From: Proteromonas lacertae
Lineage: Eukaryota
Assembly: GCA_002245135.1 (NCBI GenBank)
Contig: NGBS01000622.1
Span: 1-62,565 of the forward strand
Reading direction: 5' to 3'
DNA length: 62,565 bases
Made by a program: the position numbers and the translations under genes. Position 1 is the stretch's first letter; every line of letters starts with the position of its first letter. Shown here piece by piece: positions 24,532-37,409 of this stretch. The notes beneath the pieces are model-generated. The model had not been told where the DNA came from. It saw nothing but the letters and a program-made list of their open reading frames with translations, and made no database searches.

Positions 24532-25642
24532 TTATTTATTTGTTGAAAGATCAATATTACCGTCAAATAAAGGATATCTATGTACTGTCACACAACTACC
24601 TATTGATTTCATACAAGAGGAATAGTCATCTGTTTTTAAGCATCTTCCACTCCACAACATACTCAACAACCCAAAAGTGCTCTGATTGGTAATTATAAAA
24701 TATGTACTGTGAATCAGTAATAGCAACTCTCTCAATGAAGTATCATCAAACATATTTTTAAGATAATGTTTTTTCTTAGAAGATAATTTAACATTGGTGT
24801 TGTACTGAGTATTTTTAATTCTTATTTTATTTAAAATATTACTATCATCACCTAATATAATCCACTTTGTATTTGTCTTATTTATACTGTAATGAACTGC
24901 TTCTTCCTCAAACAAATTCTTTTCATTTTCTGTTAAAAATTTTCTAGAATCTTTGAAGTCACCGTTTCCTGTTCTTATGTGAATACCAACAACATTTGTG
25001 TATATGTAGAACATGTTTTTGTACTTGTTGTATATTCTAAAGTATTTATCTTTGAGATGTATAACTTTGTTTAAAATATTGTATTGCATCTCTAAATATA
25101 GCTTTCTAGGATTATTTTCATTGACATTTGATATTAACCTTCGCTCATACAATATTTGATTGTTATTTTTGTTTGAAGCTATATGAAAAGATATATCACA
25201 CCATAAATTACTAAAACAAAGGTAACTGTCATTATTTGATAGGATATCTTCAACTTCTTGGCGACTCATTTTACATAAATCGACCCTAATGCAAAAATGA
25301 AAAGAAGAATCAACAAAATTAGGGAAGGGAGTAGCGAAGTAGGAATCAAACTCATCCCACCATAATACTATCAATATTATAATAATGATTATACTTTTAG
25401 GCAGGTGATTAAACACCAAAGACATAATAATCACTTCATTGACAGATTTAATTCTATTCCCAATTCCTCCGCTCGTATATTCATAGTAGGATCGATTATG
25501 TGACTGAATGCACCAAGAATGATATTGACTAGGAATAGAACTACACATTCTTTTATAATTCAAGTATTTATTAGGAGCACAGAGGATAAGATAGTATCAC
25601 TGATATGATAAATAGTACAACATAGGTTATATATTTGTTCAT
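24532..25642 (-). CDS. GT-B fucosyltransferase-like glycosyltransferase (GT11/GT23/NodZ-like motifs)
   Basis: GGIGNRI, VGIHIRTGNGD, ILGDD and STFG motifs; N-terminal anchor MNKYITYVVLFIISVIL is joined by a frameshift. Confidence 0.7.
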
Positions 25643-26113
25643 AATAACTCTATAAAAGAACAACGCTTAACACTTTTTGAAAATGTTTGATGATGGTTTG
25701 AATCAAAAAATCTTTGTTCAAACATTTTTATTGTGGATTGTATGAGTGTAGCAATCTTGATTACAATCAAAAATGATAATTTAAGATGAATTTTGTAATG
25801 TAATAAGCTGTTTGTGCTGTGTAATTTATTTTTCAGATTAATATAATTTGTCAGTTGTCTTGGCAAATAAAAATATAAAAAGAAATTAAACGAAAGACAC
25901 GTTTGCATAGTATCAAAACAGCATATCAACCTCAAAATACTTCATTTCTTAATATCTCTAAGTTTAAACTATCGCTACACCTCTATAAAAATAGTATCAT
26001 TATAATAAAAACTATAAAGATAGAATTATCTATTTAACTAAACAGAAATCTATAAAAGCATAAAAAGCAGTTTAATTTTAAGGGGGTAAATAATTAAGAA
26101 CATTTAAAATAGG

Positions 26114-26836
26114 TTGGTTTATATACTACAAAAAATGTGTAATTACTATGTGCTAGGTATTATAATGGTTGTATTAGCGTTACCTTTACTATCATTTTTA
26201 ATTTTGTCACCCTCAAAGTGTGTATGCAAGGAAGAATTACACAAAAAAGGGATTTCAAACAGCAAAAGTCAATTTAACCAAGATATAACTATGTACTTTA
26301 AACATTTTATGAATAAAACGAATGGTGTATTCGTTGAAATAGGCGCATTTGACGGAGTGTCAATTAGTAACACCTATTTCTTTGAAAAGAACTTTAATTG
26401 GCATGGAATACTTATCGAAGGAGGTGAACGTAATTGTAAATTGTTGTTTGGCAATGCAAAAAAAAGAAGTAATTCAAGATTAGTTTGTTCTCCTATTTGT
26501 CAGTCAGAGTACATAAGCTTTAAAGAAGGAGGCACTGGAGGAATGTTAGATCACAGTAATAAACAACAGAAAAGAATAAAATGCAATACTCTTTCAAATA
26601 TCACACAATTCTTCAACATTAAACATATTGATTTCTTTTCATTAGATGTAGAAGGAAGCGAATTAGAAGTATTACAGACTTTTGACTTCAGAGTTACAGT
26701 TTCTCATTGGTTAATTGAATGGAATCATTTGAGTGATAAAATAAAGAGTGGAATACAAACGTTATTAGGTAGTCATGGTTATGTAAAATCAAATGAATAT
26801 ATTTCTGAAATTGATGTACTATTTAATCACACCTAA
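26114..26836 (+). CDS. FkbM-family (Methyltransf_21) methyltransferase with N-terminal membrane anchor
   Basis: GVFVEIGAFDG..ISNT.FFE..FNW.GILIE and IDFFSLDVEGSEL.VL; intronless; real ATG probably at about 26135. Confidence 0.88.
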   Translation: MVYILQKMCNYYVLGIIMVVLALPLLSFLILSPSKCVCKEELHKKGISNSKSQFNQDITMYFKHFMNKTNGVFVEIGAFDGVSISNTYFFEKNFNWHGILIEGGERNCKLLFGNAKKRSNSRLVCSPICQSEYISFKEGGTGGMLDHSNKQQKRIKCNTLSNITQFFNIKHIDFFSLDVEGSELEVLQTFDFRVTVSHWLIEWNHLSDKIKSGIQTLLGSHGYVKSNEYISEIDVLFNHT

Positions 26837-26927
26837 ATTGTTAATTAAATATATTTGTATGTGATAAAGGTTTAAAATATAAAATATTTAATACTTATAA
26901 ATAAAAAGACTGATATTATTACATAAA

Positions 26928-27677
26928 CTATACATAACATTCACCTTTCTGCATATAATGTCCAAAAGGATATGACATTAACAACAAATTGTAATGTTTT
27001 AAAATCAACCTTTTCTCCAATTCTGAATCTTCACGTCTATACCACTTCCAACTACTATCATATTTATTATTCATTAATATTTCTCTTTTAGCTGAAAGCC
27101 AAGCATTATGAATTGGTAAGTCTTTATCAAAATAGTAACAGCAATGTATTGCTTTACTATTTCTATTATTGTAATATTGTGAATATATAAAACTGTAATT
27201 ATAAGGTAGAATGTATTGAGTAATGTTATTAACATCGAATATATCAGTATCCAACATGGCTCGCTGTTCAACGTAAGTATGCAATGTAATATCTACATCT
27301 GGAATTGTTGTAAAGATTTTTATCACCTCCTGAATTGCATATTTTGAAAGAAAGTCGTCTATATCAAATATAGTTATTATTTCACACGTACTACAATCTA
27401 TTCCATAGTTTCTATTATCCGCTTGATTATGCCTTCCAGTACGATAAAAAAGGTTTATGGTTGTGTTGTCATTTTTACTCAGTGTGGTATTTTTATCATT
27501 TTCAGAATTACTAATTACTACAATTACTTCTTTTGGCTTCATTATCGTTCTTTCTAACATAAACAAAAACTGTTTGCTGCAAGAGTGCCAATCTTTCAGA
27601 GTAGATGCTGATATCAATGATACACATGGTAAACAATACACACTACTTATAAATAAATAGATAAAGAAGAAAAACAT
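26928..27677 (-). CDS. GT2-like (GT-A fold) glycosyltransferase
   Basis: Signal peptide; PKEVIVV, NRNYGI...EIITIFDIDD (DxD) and EDS motifs; intronless. Confidence 0.7.
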   Translation of the reverse strand: MFFFFIYLFISSVYCLPCVSLISASTLKDWHSCSKQFLFMLERTIMKPKEVIVVISNSENDKNTTLSKNDNTTINLFYRTGRHNQADNRNYGIDCSTCEIITIFDIDDFLSKYAIQEVIKIFTTIPDVDITLHTYVEQRAMLDTDIFDVNNITQYILPYNYSFIYSQYYNNRNSKAIHCCYYFDKDLPIHNAWLSAKREILMNNKYDSSWKWYRREDSELEKRLILKHYNLLLMSYPFGHYMQKGECYV

Positions 27678-27729
27678 AAAAATATACTTACTACTGTAAC
27701 GAATATATTTTTATTACTGAAAATTGTTC

Positions 27730-28904
27730 ATGAACAAGTACATGATATGTATGTTTATAGTACTAACGTCACTCTGCGTAATTTATTATTCAATACCTGT
27801 ATCTTCCACCAATAATAAAAAGCTTCTAATTTCAGTTGATGTGACTGGAGGATTGGCTAACAGACTCTTTGGTTTATCATCAAACTTTATTTTCTCTAGA
27901 CTTGGAAATTATGTACTCTCAAGTATACTTATATTTACATTATTATTGAATTAGTTTATTCTGTGGATTACTACAAGCTATATTTGGAAGATGTATCATT
28001 TTTAAATGTAGTACCAAAAGATAAGAAAGTAAAAATGTATGTTTCTTTAAATTTCTTTGAATACTGTATTTCAACCTGTGAAATGTACCACAATATAATC
28101 AAGTATAATAGTAGCATTAAAATAAGAAGTTGTCATGATATAATACCTTCTATGCTGAAATGCAATACATTTACAAAATATCTTGTTAAGAATAATTTAC
28201 TAACTGACTCGTACAATTTAGATATATATAAACAAACTGTTGAAATTAACAATTTGATATTTACAAAGTATATCCAACTAAAACAAGTAGAAACAAGTAA
28301 AGTGAAATATTTTGTATCAAAAATCAATTCCTTTTGTTCAATTGCTGTACATATTCGATATGATGATATTTGCATAACTGAGAATAAGTGTAATATAAGC
28401 AAAACAATGATAGATGGATATGTGAATATAATTAATAACATAGATATAAGAAAGAAATGTAATATATATATTGCTTCAACAAATGCGAGAATAATAAAGT
28501 CTTTGAGAAGTATTATTGGTTCAAGAGTTATAGAATATCTTCATGGAGTAAATCCAGCTCACAGTGGAATGGATTCAACAGTGAATAAAAGGAATAAAGA
28601 GATGAAAATTAGAAAGATTATTGGAGATATTTCTTTTTTGTCTAATGCAGATAGATTCCTCACAAGTAATTTAAGCACATTTTCATTGTTGATATATTAT
28701 ATTGGAGCAAAGCATAGAAATGGATCTATTAAACCAATGACAATAGTTGATTCAGTGAAAGGTAAAATAGACAAACTTCAAATATATGATCATCTTAGTC
28801 ACTTTAGAAAGAGAAATACAATATGTAAACCCTCACCATTCAACAATTTACTCGTCTATCCTTATCATTATATTAAATACAAGAGAAACAAGTATGTAGC
28901 ATGA
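27730..28904 (+). CDS. Second fucosyltransferase-like GT-B glycosyltransferase
   Basis: Type II anchor; GGLANRL, IAVHIRYDD, IYIAST and LSTFS motifs; one intron near 27923-27954. Confidence 0.72.
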
Positions 28905-28994
28905 TTGTATAATAATTTAAACTAATTCTGTTTGCATTTGATATTTTGTGTTAGTATGTAACGACATAAATAACATTTGTTTGAGCTTGATTTT

Positions 28995-29938
28995 ATGTTT
29001 TTGATTTTTGTCTGGTTAGCTAACTTTATTCTTTTATTTTATATATTTTTTAAAACTGCATATATGTTTAATCATTTAGAAAAACAGAGTAAATTGGATG
29101 CTTGTTTGGATTTTAATATTTCTCGTGTGAATAGTTACGTCATTTATAATTCGCTTATAATTCATACAATCGCATATGATGAAAGAATTCCTGGTTATAG
29201 GATATTAGGGACTGGAAAAGTGGATAATTATGTCTATTTTGATTGTTTGTTTTTCAAATCATATAAAAATGCGAAATGCACAGCGTATATTCAGAAAATT
29301 AACAGTAAAATGAAGGATGGGTTTGTCATATATGTTATAATGAAAGATATTAGTTTTAAACCTAAGTATGTGATGTTAAATGAGTATTGTTTACCTCTAC
29401 CACAACCTGTATCAATTAAAAAGCCACTTTATGATTATACACTCTGTGTTATTCCAGATACAACTGAAAAAGAAGAAAATTATAAAAGAGAATGGATTAA
29501 TCATAATAGAAGAATTGGAATTGAAAAGATTGTTATTTATAATTACCAAAATTCAGTTTTTATAAACACTAATGATAGTATGTTAGATATAATAGATGTT
29601 CAGGAGGGAAGTTCAACAGATATGATAATGAATGATTGTTTGTACAGATATAGAGCAATGTCCAAGTCAATTTTGTTTATGAAAATGAAAGAGGTGATAA
29701 TATTATTAAAAACTAATATGGAGATGAAATTGAGCAATTTTATTAAACAAAAAGATAGAGAATCATATGATATGATGTATTTGTGTAAATGTAGAACAGT
29801 AGAATAACACAAAGAATGTAGATTTTGATAAGATATCAAAACTGAAGCTAAAATGTGAAAATAAATATTCACACTCCTTCTTAATAGTAAATAACCCATT
29901 GAAATTCAATTATATAACACAGAAGGGTTATTTCGGTG
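28995..29938 (+). CDS. GT92-like glycosyltransferase, degenerate or frameshifted
   Basis: Type II anchor; REWINHNRRIGIEKIVIYN and MNDCLYRYR are GT92-like. The expected DxDE reads MKMKE, and the frame is broken near 29790. 3' end uncertain. Confidence 0.5.
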
Positions 29939-30107
29939 ATTATTGGTATTACAGTAAAACTAAAGTGAAAAAGAACATAATAGTTTTAGAAACAAATTAA
30001 CTATCGTATTATTATTTAGTTACTCTTGTTGTTGAATTTTTGTTGTAACTGAATAACAAAAACTCGGCTTGAAAACACATTATTTTTTGTTCCAAAATAG
30101 TCTTTAT

Positions 30108-31040
30108 ATGAGTACTAGGTATATAGTTGTGTTATTCATTTCCATATCAGTGCTTGCTATGATGATTTATATAAGTTTCAAAGATAACTATTTTATTCTT
30201 GAACGTAAAGATTCAAATTCATCACATCTTTTCGTGACAGCCTTCTTTTCGTTTGGGAAGAAGAAACACTCGAATAGTGATTATATTAGGTGGATGAGTA
30301 GTTTCTTTGGGGTAATTAAATCTTCACTGGTTATATTTAGCGACAAAGAATCAGCCAAGTTAGTACCTTCAAACTCAAACAAGTTTATTTTATTTGATTC
30401 AATTTACAGTATACCATGTTTAAAGAGATATGAAAATCTATATCAGAATCAGAACGACAAAGATCCAGAGCGAAAGAAGGTTAGTCATAGTTTGGAATTA
30501 TATATGGTATGGAATGCAAAAATATGTTTATTGAACATGGCAACTGAGATGTATAACAGTTCAGTTTACATTTGGATTGATATTGGTAGTTTCAGAAAAG
30601 AATATACTTACAACAACTATCCAAATATGAACGTCATTGATTATCTATCGAAACTAAACTCTATGTTCTTCTTTGTCGTGAAAAATAAAATGTTTAAAAG
30701 ACAATCTACACCAACACTTGCAATTGGCGATTTTATTGAGGGAGGCAGCTTTGGAGGTAATAAAGAATCGATAATGAGGTATAATAACATATTCTGGAAA
30801 GTTCATGATGACTTTTTGAGTAGAGGTGAGTTTATTGGTAAAGATCAAACTCTGTATAATACAATTGCAATATATTATATGAATGATGTTATTCTATTCC
30901 CTATGTATGGATATTTCAAATGTTGGAATAACAATTGGTTCAGGTATATTAATTTCTACGGTGGTGAAGGTTGCTGCTTTATTGAAAGAGAAGAATATAT
31001 CTTCTTTTGTATATTAATTAATTTACATATTCTGTTATGA
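30108..31040 (+). CDS. HtrL/YibB-like protein with type II membrane anchor
   Basis: FVTAFF, HSLELYMVWNAK, WIDIGSFR, GGSFGG and GKDQ motifs; intronless. Confidence 0.65.
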   Translation: MSTRYIVVLFISISVLAMMIYISFKDNYFILERKDSNSSHLFVTAFFSFGKKKHSNSDYIRWMSSFFGVIKSSLVIFSDKESAKLVPSNSNKFILFDSIYSIPCLKRYENLYQNQNDKDPERKKVSHSLELYMVWNAKICLLNMATEMYNSSVYIWIDIGSFRKEYTYNNYPNMNVIDYLSKLNSMFFFVVKNKMFKRQSTPTLAIGDFIEGGSFGGNKESIMRYNNIFWKVHDDFLSRGEFIGKDQTLYNTIAIYYMNDVILFPMYGYFKCWNNNWFRYINFYGGEGCCFIEREEYIFFCILINLHILL

Positions 31041-31260
31041 CATTATATGTTAATTCTTTCTTATTTTATTATTCTTTTATAATCAACTCCAAAAACCAAT
31101 TGATTTTATTTTTCAAATATGAAATTCTATCATTAACATGAATATATATAAATATATTAAAATATCATTCTATGTCATTCAAAACAGGTGATATTTCTAT
31201 ATTTCTATATATATCCGTTTCAGTTTTCTAGAAGGTTTAATCTGCATTTTTTCTTCTAAA

Positions 31261-32993
31261 ATGTATAATACAACGTATTTAATCCAAAATATAGGTTTTC
31301 ACATTCATTAAAACGTTGTGTTTTACCTGTAGCACAAAGAAATATAAGCAAAGATGTGAAATTCGGAGTAGAAGTATCTTTTTTATAGTTTTATGGTTAA
31401 TAGGCAAGAAAATTAATGTTAATAGGTGTGAATAAACTAGCAGATGCAGTAGAAACCACATTAGGCCCAAAAGGTAGAAATGATATATTGGATCAACCTT
31501 TTGGCTCACCAAAAATCACAAAGGATGGTGTAACAGTAGCTAAAGCATGCGATTTTGATGAAAGATGTGAAAATATGGGTGCTCAACTAGTAAAATCAGT
31601 AGCAAGTAAAACAAACGATGAAGCTGGTGATGGAACAACCACAGCCACTGTATTAGCAAGAGCAATGTTCAGTGAAGGATGTAAAGCAGTAGCAGCTGGT
31701 TTAAACCCAATGGAAGTAAGAAAAGGTATGAATTTAGCTGTTAATCATATATTAAATGAATTAAAGACTATGAGTAAACCAGTATCAACAAACGCAGAAA
31801 TAGCTCAAGTAGCTACAATCTCAGCTAACAATGATGAAAAAACAGGTTCAATGATAGCTAAAGCCATGGAAAAAGTAGGTAAAGAAGGTGTGATTACAAC
31901 TCAAGATGGTACTACATTACATGATGAATTAGAAGTAGTGGAAGGTATGAAATTCGATAGAGGATATATTTCACCATACTTTATTACAGATACAAAGAGA
32001 CAAGTATGTGAATATGAAAATCCATTGATTTTATTGGCTGATAAGAAATTAGATGATGCTAAAACAATATTACCTATTTTAGAAGCAGCTCATCAATCTA
32101 ATAAGCCATTAATCATTATAGCTGAAGATGTAGAAAGTGATGCTTTAACTACAATAGTATATAATAGAATAGAAGGTGGATTAAAGATCTGCTGTATAAA
32201 AGCACCAGGTTTTGGAGATAATAGAAAGAATAATCTTCAAGATATAGCTGTATTAACAAACGCTCAAGTTATCAGTGAAGAAACAGGAATGACATTAGAT
32301 AAAATTGATTTAAGTGTATGTGGTAGTTGTAAAAAGATTACTATAACAAAGGATGATACAATGATCTTAGATGGTGTTGGCAAACAAGAATTAATCGCTG
32401 AAAGAGTACAAAGTATTAAAGAACAATTGCCAAAGACTACTTCAACTTATGATAAAGATCGATTACAAGAAAGATTAGCAAAATTAGCTGGAGGTGTTGC
32501 TGTTATTAAAGTTGGTGGTGCTTCAGATACTGAAGTTAATGAGAAGAAAGATAGATTTGAAGATGCATTGAATGCTACTAAAGCTGCTGTTGCTGAAGGT
32601 ATTGTTCCAGGTGGAGGTGTTGCTTTATTATATGCATCAAAAGGATTAGAAGAATTGAAAAAATCATCAAAGAGTTACGGCCAAAAGATGGGTATTGATA
32701 TTGTAGAAAAAGCTGCTAGAGCTCCAGTTAGTGCTATATTAAAGAACGCTGGTGAAGAAGGTGCTGTGATTGTTGGTCATTTAATCGAGAAGAATGAAAA
32801 GACTAAAGGTTTTGATGCTCTTAATGGTAAATATTGTGATATGTATGAAGCTGGAATTATTGATCCAACTAAAGTGGTAAAGAGTGCTCTAGTAGATGCT
32901 TCATCTGTCTCTGGTTTAATGATTACAGCTGAAGCTATGGTATATCAGGTAAAAGAAGATGATTTACCAACTGTTCATCCAGGAGGTTATTAA
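31261..32993 (+). CDS. cpn60: Mitochondrial chaperonin 60
   Basis: TLGPKGRN, KITKDGVTVAK, AGDGTTTATVLA, GMKFDRGYISPYF, ERLAKLAGGVAVIKVGG; spliced presequence MFSHSLKRCVLPVAQRNIS; introns 31263-31294 and 31374-31403. Confidence 0.97.
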
Positions 32994-33067
32994 TTAAGAT
33001 GTTTTTCTTTTTTATTAATTTTTATTACAAAAACATTATTTATATAATAATAATAATAAATAAGGAA

Positions 33068-35022
33068 TTAAATTAGAGATTTGAGAAGATTGAAGAAGTA
33101 ATTGAACATAGATTTCTTCTTTTGAATTTTATCACATGCATAACAAAAATATAATCCAAATTTGTAATATACATGAGAACAGAATGAATAACACTGATGA
33201 AACTGAGAATTGTTCAATATTCCACTTTTCAAATCAAACAGCGTTTGCATAAGATACATAGATGCTAAAGTTGAGTCATTTTCAAATTCCAATTTCGATT
33301 GAAAATAGAAAAAATCAATAAATGGGTTAATTGAGATCCATCTTTTGTAAGATTCATCATTGATACCATATATCACATTGTTACTCAAGTCTGGACCATT
33401 GTAATCATATATTTTAATATAATTTAATGATTGAAATATAAGTTGATAAAGCAAACCAAGTATTATTCTCATATGATCTGAAAGGGATAATATTATAAAC
33501 ACCACATAATGGTTTATCCATTGTTAGAGTTGTTAAACATGTATAATACTTCTGTAGTATATTAATTGCTGTATATATGTCTTCAATATAGAATAAGTAT
33601 TTAGTAGCAAAACTTGATTTACAGTAATTGTAAATGAAGGTAATTATTTCCATATTTCTATTTGAATATTTAGATAATACTATTGGTTTAATAATAATAT
33701 CTTTATTCTGTATATAGCTAATATTGTAATTATCATTAAAACAGTAATACTTTACATTCTTATAGTACTTTATAATTTCATTGTTGACAATATGAAATTC
33801 CGTTTTATTCATATTACAATCATTGAAAAACACCGATACATCAACATTATTGTCTTTATAAACACTGTAATTGTAATTATTTGATATAGAATAATATGGT
33901 TTTACATTCATATACTTATTCAATAAACAGAAATCTCGAATAAGCAAAATTTGATAGATGTCATCATATCCACAGATTGAGTTGTTATTTTTTCTTTCAT
34001 TATCAATTTCAATTATAGATATATTTAAAACAGATTCGCACCATCCAATGCTATATATTTTATAGTTATTATCTATATTTTTTTGATATGTTTCAATATC
34101 AAATAAATAATTAACATAAATAAAAAAACTCATCTTTGGTTGATTTTCTTCATCCAAATAATGAACTGTGTGACATAATGTCTTTAGATTTGGTGCTAAC
34201 AAATATTCTTTATTAGTTTTAGTAATCCACTTGTAATAAATCGTTTTGTTTCCATAACCATATACATAATTGATATTTGAATCAATTAAATCACTTGCTT
34301 TTACTTCATTATTACTACAAATCCATCTTTCAGCTAAATATCTATCATTCTTCATCCCTATTGTTCCTATTGTGTATCTTTTTCTTTCATTATACATGCC
34401 TCTCACAGGCTTTAACGTTTTAATATAACTGCATTTTGTCCACCACATATTCCCTGAATAATGTCTATTTGGAACAATCGAATATCTTGTTCCACATACA
34501 TCAGCTCCATTCTTTAATTTCTCAATACAATCCTTGTAGTTTAATAAAAGATAATAATAACTCATTTTACGCAATGCTGTATTCCTAAATGAACTATGAA
34601 ATGATCCTTTTAAATGAATGTATAATATAAACTGATTGATGTTTTGATCAATATCGCAAAATTCTTTAATTCCATCTTCTATGTCAAATTCTGTTAAGTT
34701 TGAATTGATCATTAATGTTTCAAATCCTATGTTGTTGAATTCTTTTACAATAAAGTGGTAATTAGTGTAAAGAAACAGATTTGGTGATTCATTCAGAATA
34801 TTGGATATGTTTATAGCATACAATAAATCATGATAAATATTGGAATAATATGAACTCCATCCATTTAAGAAAATAGAAATAGTGTTGAGATTCATTAATT
34901 CTTTCAAATATATGAGGATTTAATTGAATATATTTGTAAGGCCGTATTAAATAAATAACAGATAATAAAATAAAACACAGAAATGATAAAAAAATGAGAA
35001 TAAATAAAAATAAGTTTGACAT
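33068..35022 (-). CDS. Putative glycosyltransferase-like type II membrane protein
   Basis: N-terminal TM; LYIHLKGS, HYSGNMWWTKCSYIKTL and RYLAERWI motifs; three ORFs linked by two apparent frameshifts. Family assignment is weak. Confidence 0.45.
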
Positions 35023-35087
35023 CTGTTTGATTTAATGGAACGAAGAATTCCATTGTTCCTAAGTAAAATATAACTATGAAATAATTA

Positions 35088-35994
35088 TTATACCAATATC
35101 CTTAAATATAATCTATAAATACGACTATTTTCATCTAAATTTTGGAAGATGTGAGATATTGTCACACATACTATCATATTAAATATAAAATCATATGCTA
35201 GTATGACTGAAAATAAAAATGTGATGTAAACTAATGATACCAACAGTAACCTTAAATATTTATTCTCAATTAAAGGATAAAGCGACCAAGCTGTCCAAAT
35301 TGACCAACTATACAGAATACTTGGCACTTTATAGATAAATATATTACAAATATTATCTATATGAAAGAAAACACCAAATCTCCTGAATGTATCTATAAAT
35401 CTATATCTTATATCGCATAGGCCATAAAATTAATTAAAGAAAATATACAACAAAAAAGCATTAAAAAATGATATTTTAACAGTACAATTGGTAATAAATC
35501 GAGGTGAATAATAAGGAAAAATTAAATAAACAAAAACTAATAAAACATTCATTCCTAAAAATGCATTTTTGGTTTGCTATAAGATAAGTTAATGTAATTA
35601 TACCATATATCTTAGTGGATTCTTTGTGAATAGATACAATAAAGTTGAAATGGTGAATATAGGAATGATAAACATATAGAATGTGTTTATATAGTATATT
35701 CCATTTGAAAACCCAGCAAATTTCATCTATAAAAAATATATTACATCATTATATACTTGCATATTCTCTTCATGAAATATAAGCATGTATCTTTCCACTG
35801 TAATTAGCCTATATAAATTGTTTATAGCTTTAGGTGAAATAGATGGATAATATGAGGATATTCGTGACAATATTTCACAACTAAGATATAAATAAACACT
35901 TATACAATAAAATTACCACAATATACTGAAATACTTCCACTCTTTTATTTACTCGCTTTATTTCAATAGGAATGTATACTTTTTCATCATTCAT
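35088..35994 (-). CDS. PAP2_3 (IPC synthase/AUR1-like) membrane protein with degenerate catalytic motifs
   Basis: Spliced translation: AINNLYRLITVERYMLIFHEENMQ, TM helices, FPYYSPR, IDTF, VPSILYSW and a final TM pair. The layout matches PAP2_3; frameshifts or intron ambiguity are present. Confidence 0.5.
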
Positions 35995-36077
35995 TTAGTT
36001 CATATAATTTGAAAAATAATTATTCAAATCTATTATGAAGCGAGGCTTAGTTAATTAGAAATTCAATAGATATAAAA

Positions 36078-36926
36078 ATGAAATATTTAAAACTTAATAA
36101 TAAGTTATATTCGATACGTTCTATCATTCTTTTGACATTGGCTGTTGTATCAGTCATTACACTCACCATTTTGTACATATTTTTGTTTAGAGACCCTTGG
36201 GAAGATGATAGAACACCATATACACCATTTTCACCAGTTTCATCTACTGATAGTAGAGAAACATTTCCAGATTATGAAAAAAATCCGTTTGTACCTCTAA
36301 ACGTAAGTAGATGTCAGTGGTCTTATAGAAACTTTGAGAAGAAATACGACTTTACTAAAAAGCATCAATGTGCGAAACTAATGAATATTGCTAATTCACT
36401 CAACATAACTTACTTTTTAGGTATGGGAAGTGAGTTACAAGCTTTTCGAAATGGAGGAATTATTAAAGGAGATCATGATATAGATCTTATTCTACCTGTG
36501 TGGTTAAATCAACATATATTTGACTGTTCGGAATATATTCCAATAGATAGAAAAAAGTACAGAAAAAACAGTGTGGTGATGGACCACGCTTATGAACACT
36601 GCGGCAGAAGAAAGAGACATTACCATCACAGGTTTGTTCGCTATTTAAATCAATTAAAAGGCTTAGATCCTTATACTGTAAAACTTTGTAGAGATACAAC
36701 TCAAATATGGTTTAATAACACACAGCCATTTGTAGATTTTTGGATGTTTCTATCCAATGAGTTTGTGTATGATGATATTCAAATATGTAAGTGTGAGTAT
36801 TGTGGTGTTGAAACTTACTGTATGAGAGATGCTGTAAAATATATTACAAAAAATTATGGAGCTGACTTTATGACTCCTAAGAAAATTCCCAATGATCCTC
36901 CATACACTATACCAAAACCTAACTAG
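36078..36926 (+). CDS. LicD-family protein (second copy), type II membrane
   Basis: YFLGMGSELQAFRNGGIIKGDHDIDL and C-terminal YITKNYGADFMTP; intronless. Confidence 0.8.
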   Translation: MKYLKLNNKLYSIRSIILLTLAVVSVITLTILYIFLFRDPWEDDRTPYTPFSPVSSTDSRETFPDYEKNPFVPLNVSRCQWSYRNFEKKYDFTKKHQCAKLMNIANSLNITYFLGMGSELQAFRNGGIIKGDHDIDLILPVWLNQHIFDCSEYIPIDRKKYRKNSVVMDHAYEHCGRRKRHYHHRFVRYLNQLKGLDPYTVKLCRDTTQIWFNNTQPFVDFWMFLSNEFVYDDIQICKCEYCGVETYCMRDAVKYITKNYGADFMTPKKIPNDPPYTIPKPN

Positions 36927-37409
36927 ACTTTGTCACACTCATTTATAATTTACCTTATAAACAAGGATTTATTATTTCCACAAAATTTAAATTGCTATAA
37001 TAGTGTTTTTTTACATTAAACTGTGTATATTACGTAATTTCATACAAAATGTAATTGAGAAAATATTAGAATAGGAGTGGTGAATATTTGACACGTAGAT
37101 TACAAAAAATAAAAGCTTGGTTTGAGAAAATTCTAGAAAATTCATAAATTTAGTATATTTATTTAAGCTGTTATATGTGTCAGAAATATTGTATTATTTT
37201 CAGTAATGTTATATTAATCATAAAAAAAGAATAGTCAAGAGGAATGAAATGAATTTAAAATGTAAATGTGAGATATCACACTTATTTATCAATGAGATAA
37301 TGACATAGTAGCGATTATTCAATTATTACATTTTTTTTTATATCACACTCGTTTAAAAAATAAAAAAGAAAATTCAAGCCAAACCTTTTTCACTTTTTTT
37401 AATTTTTGA

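Noticed and set aside
31374..31403. cpn60 second intron (GTATCTTT) as U12-type
   Set aside because: It has a typical 30-nt length and no recognisable TCCTTRAY-like branch point.
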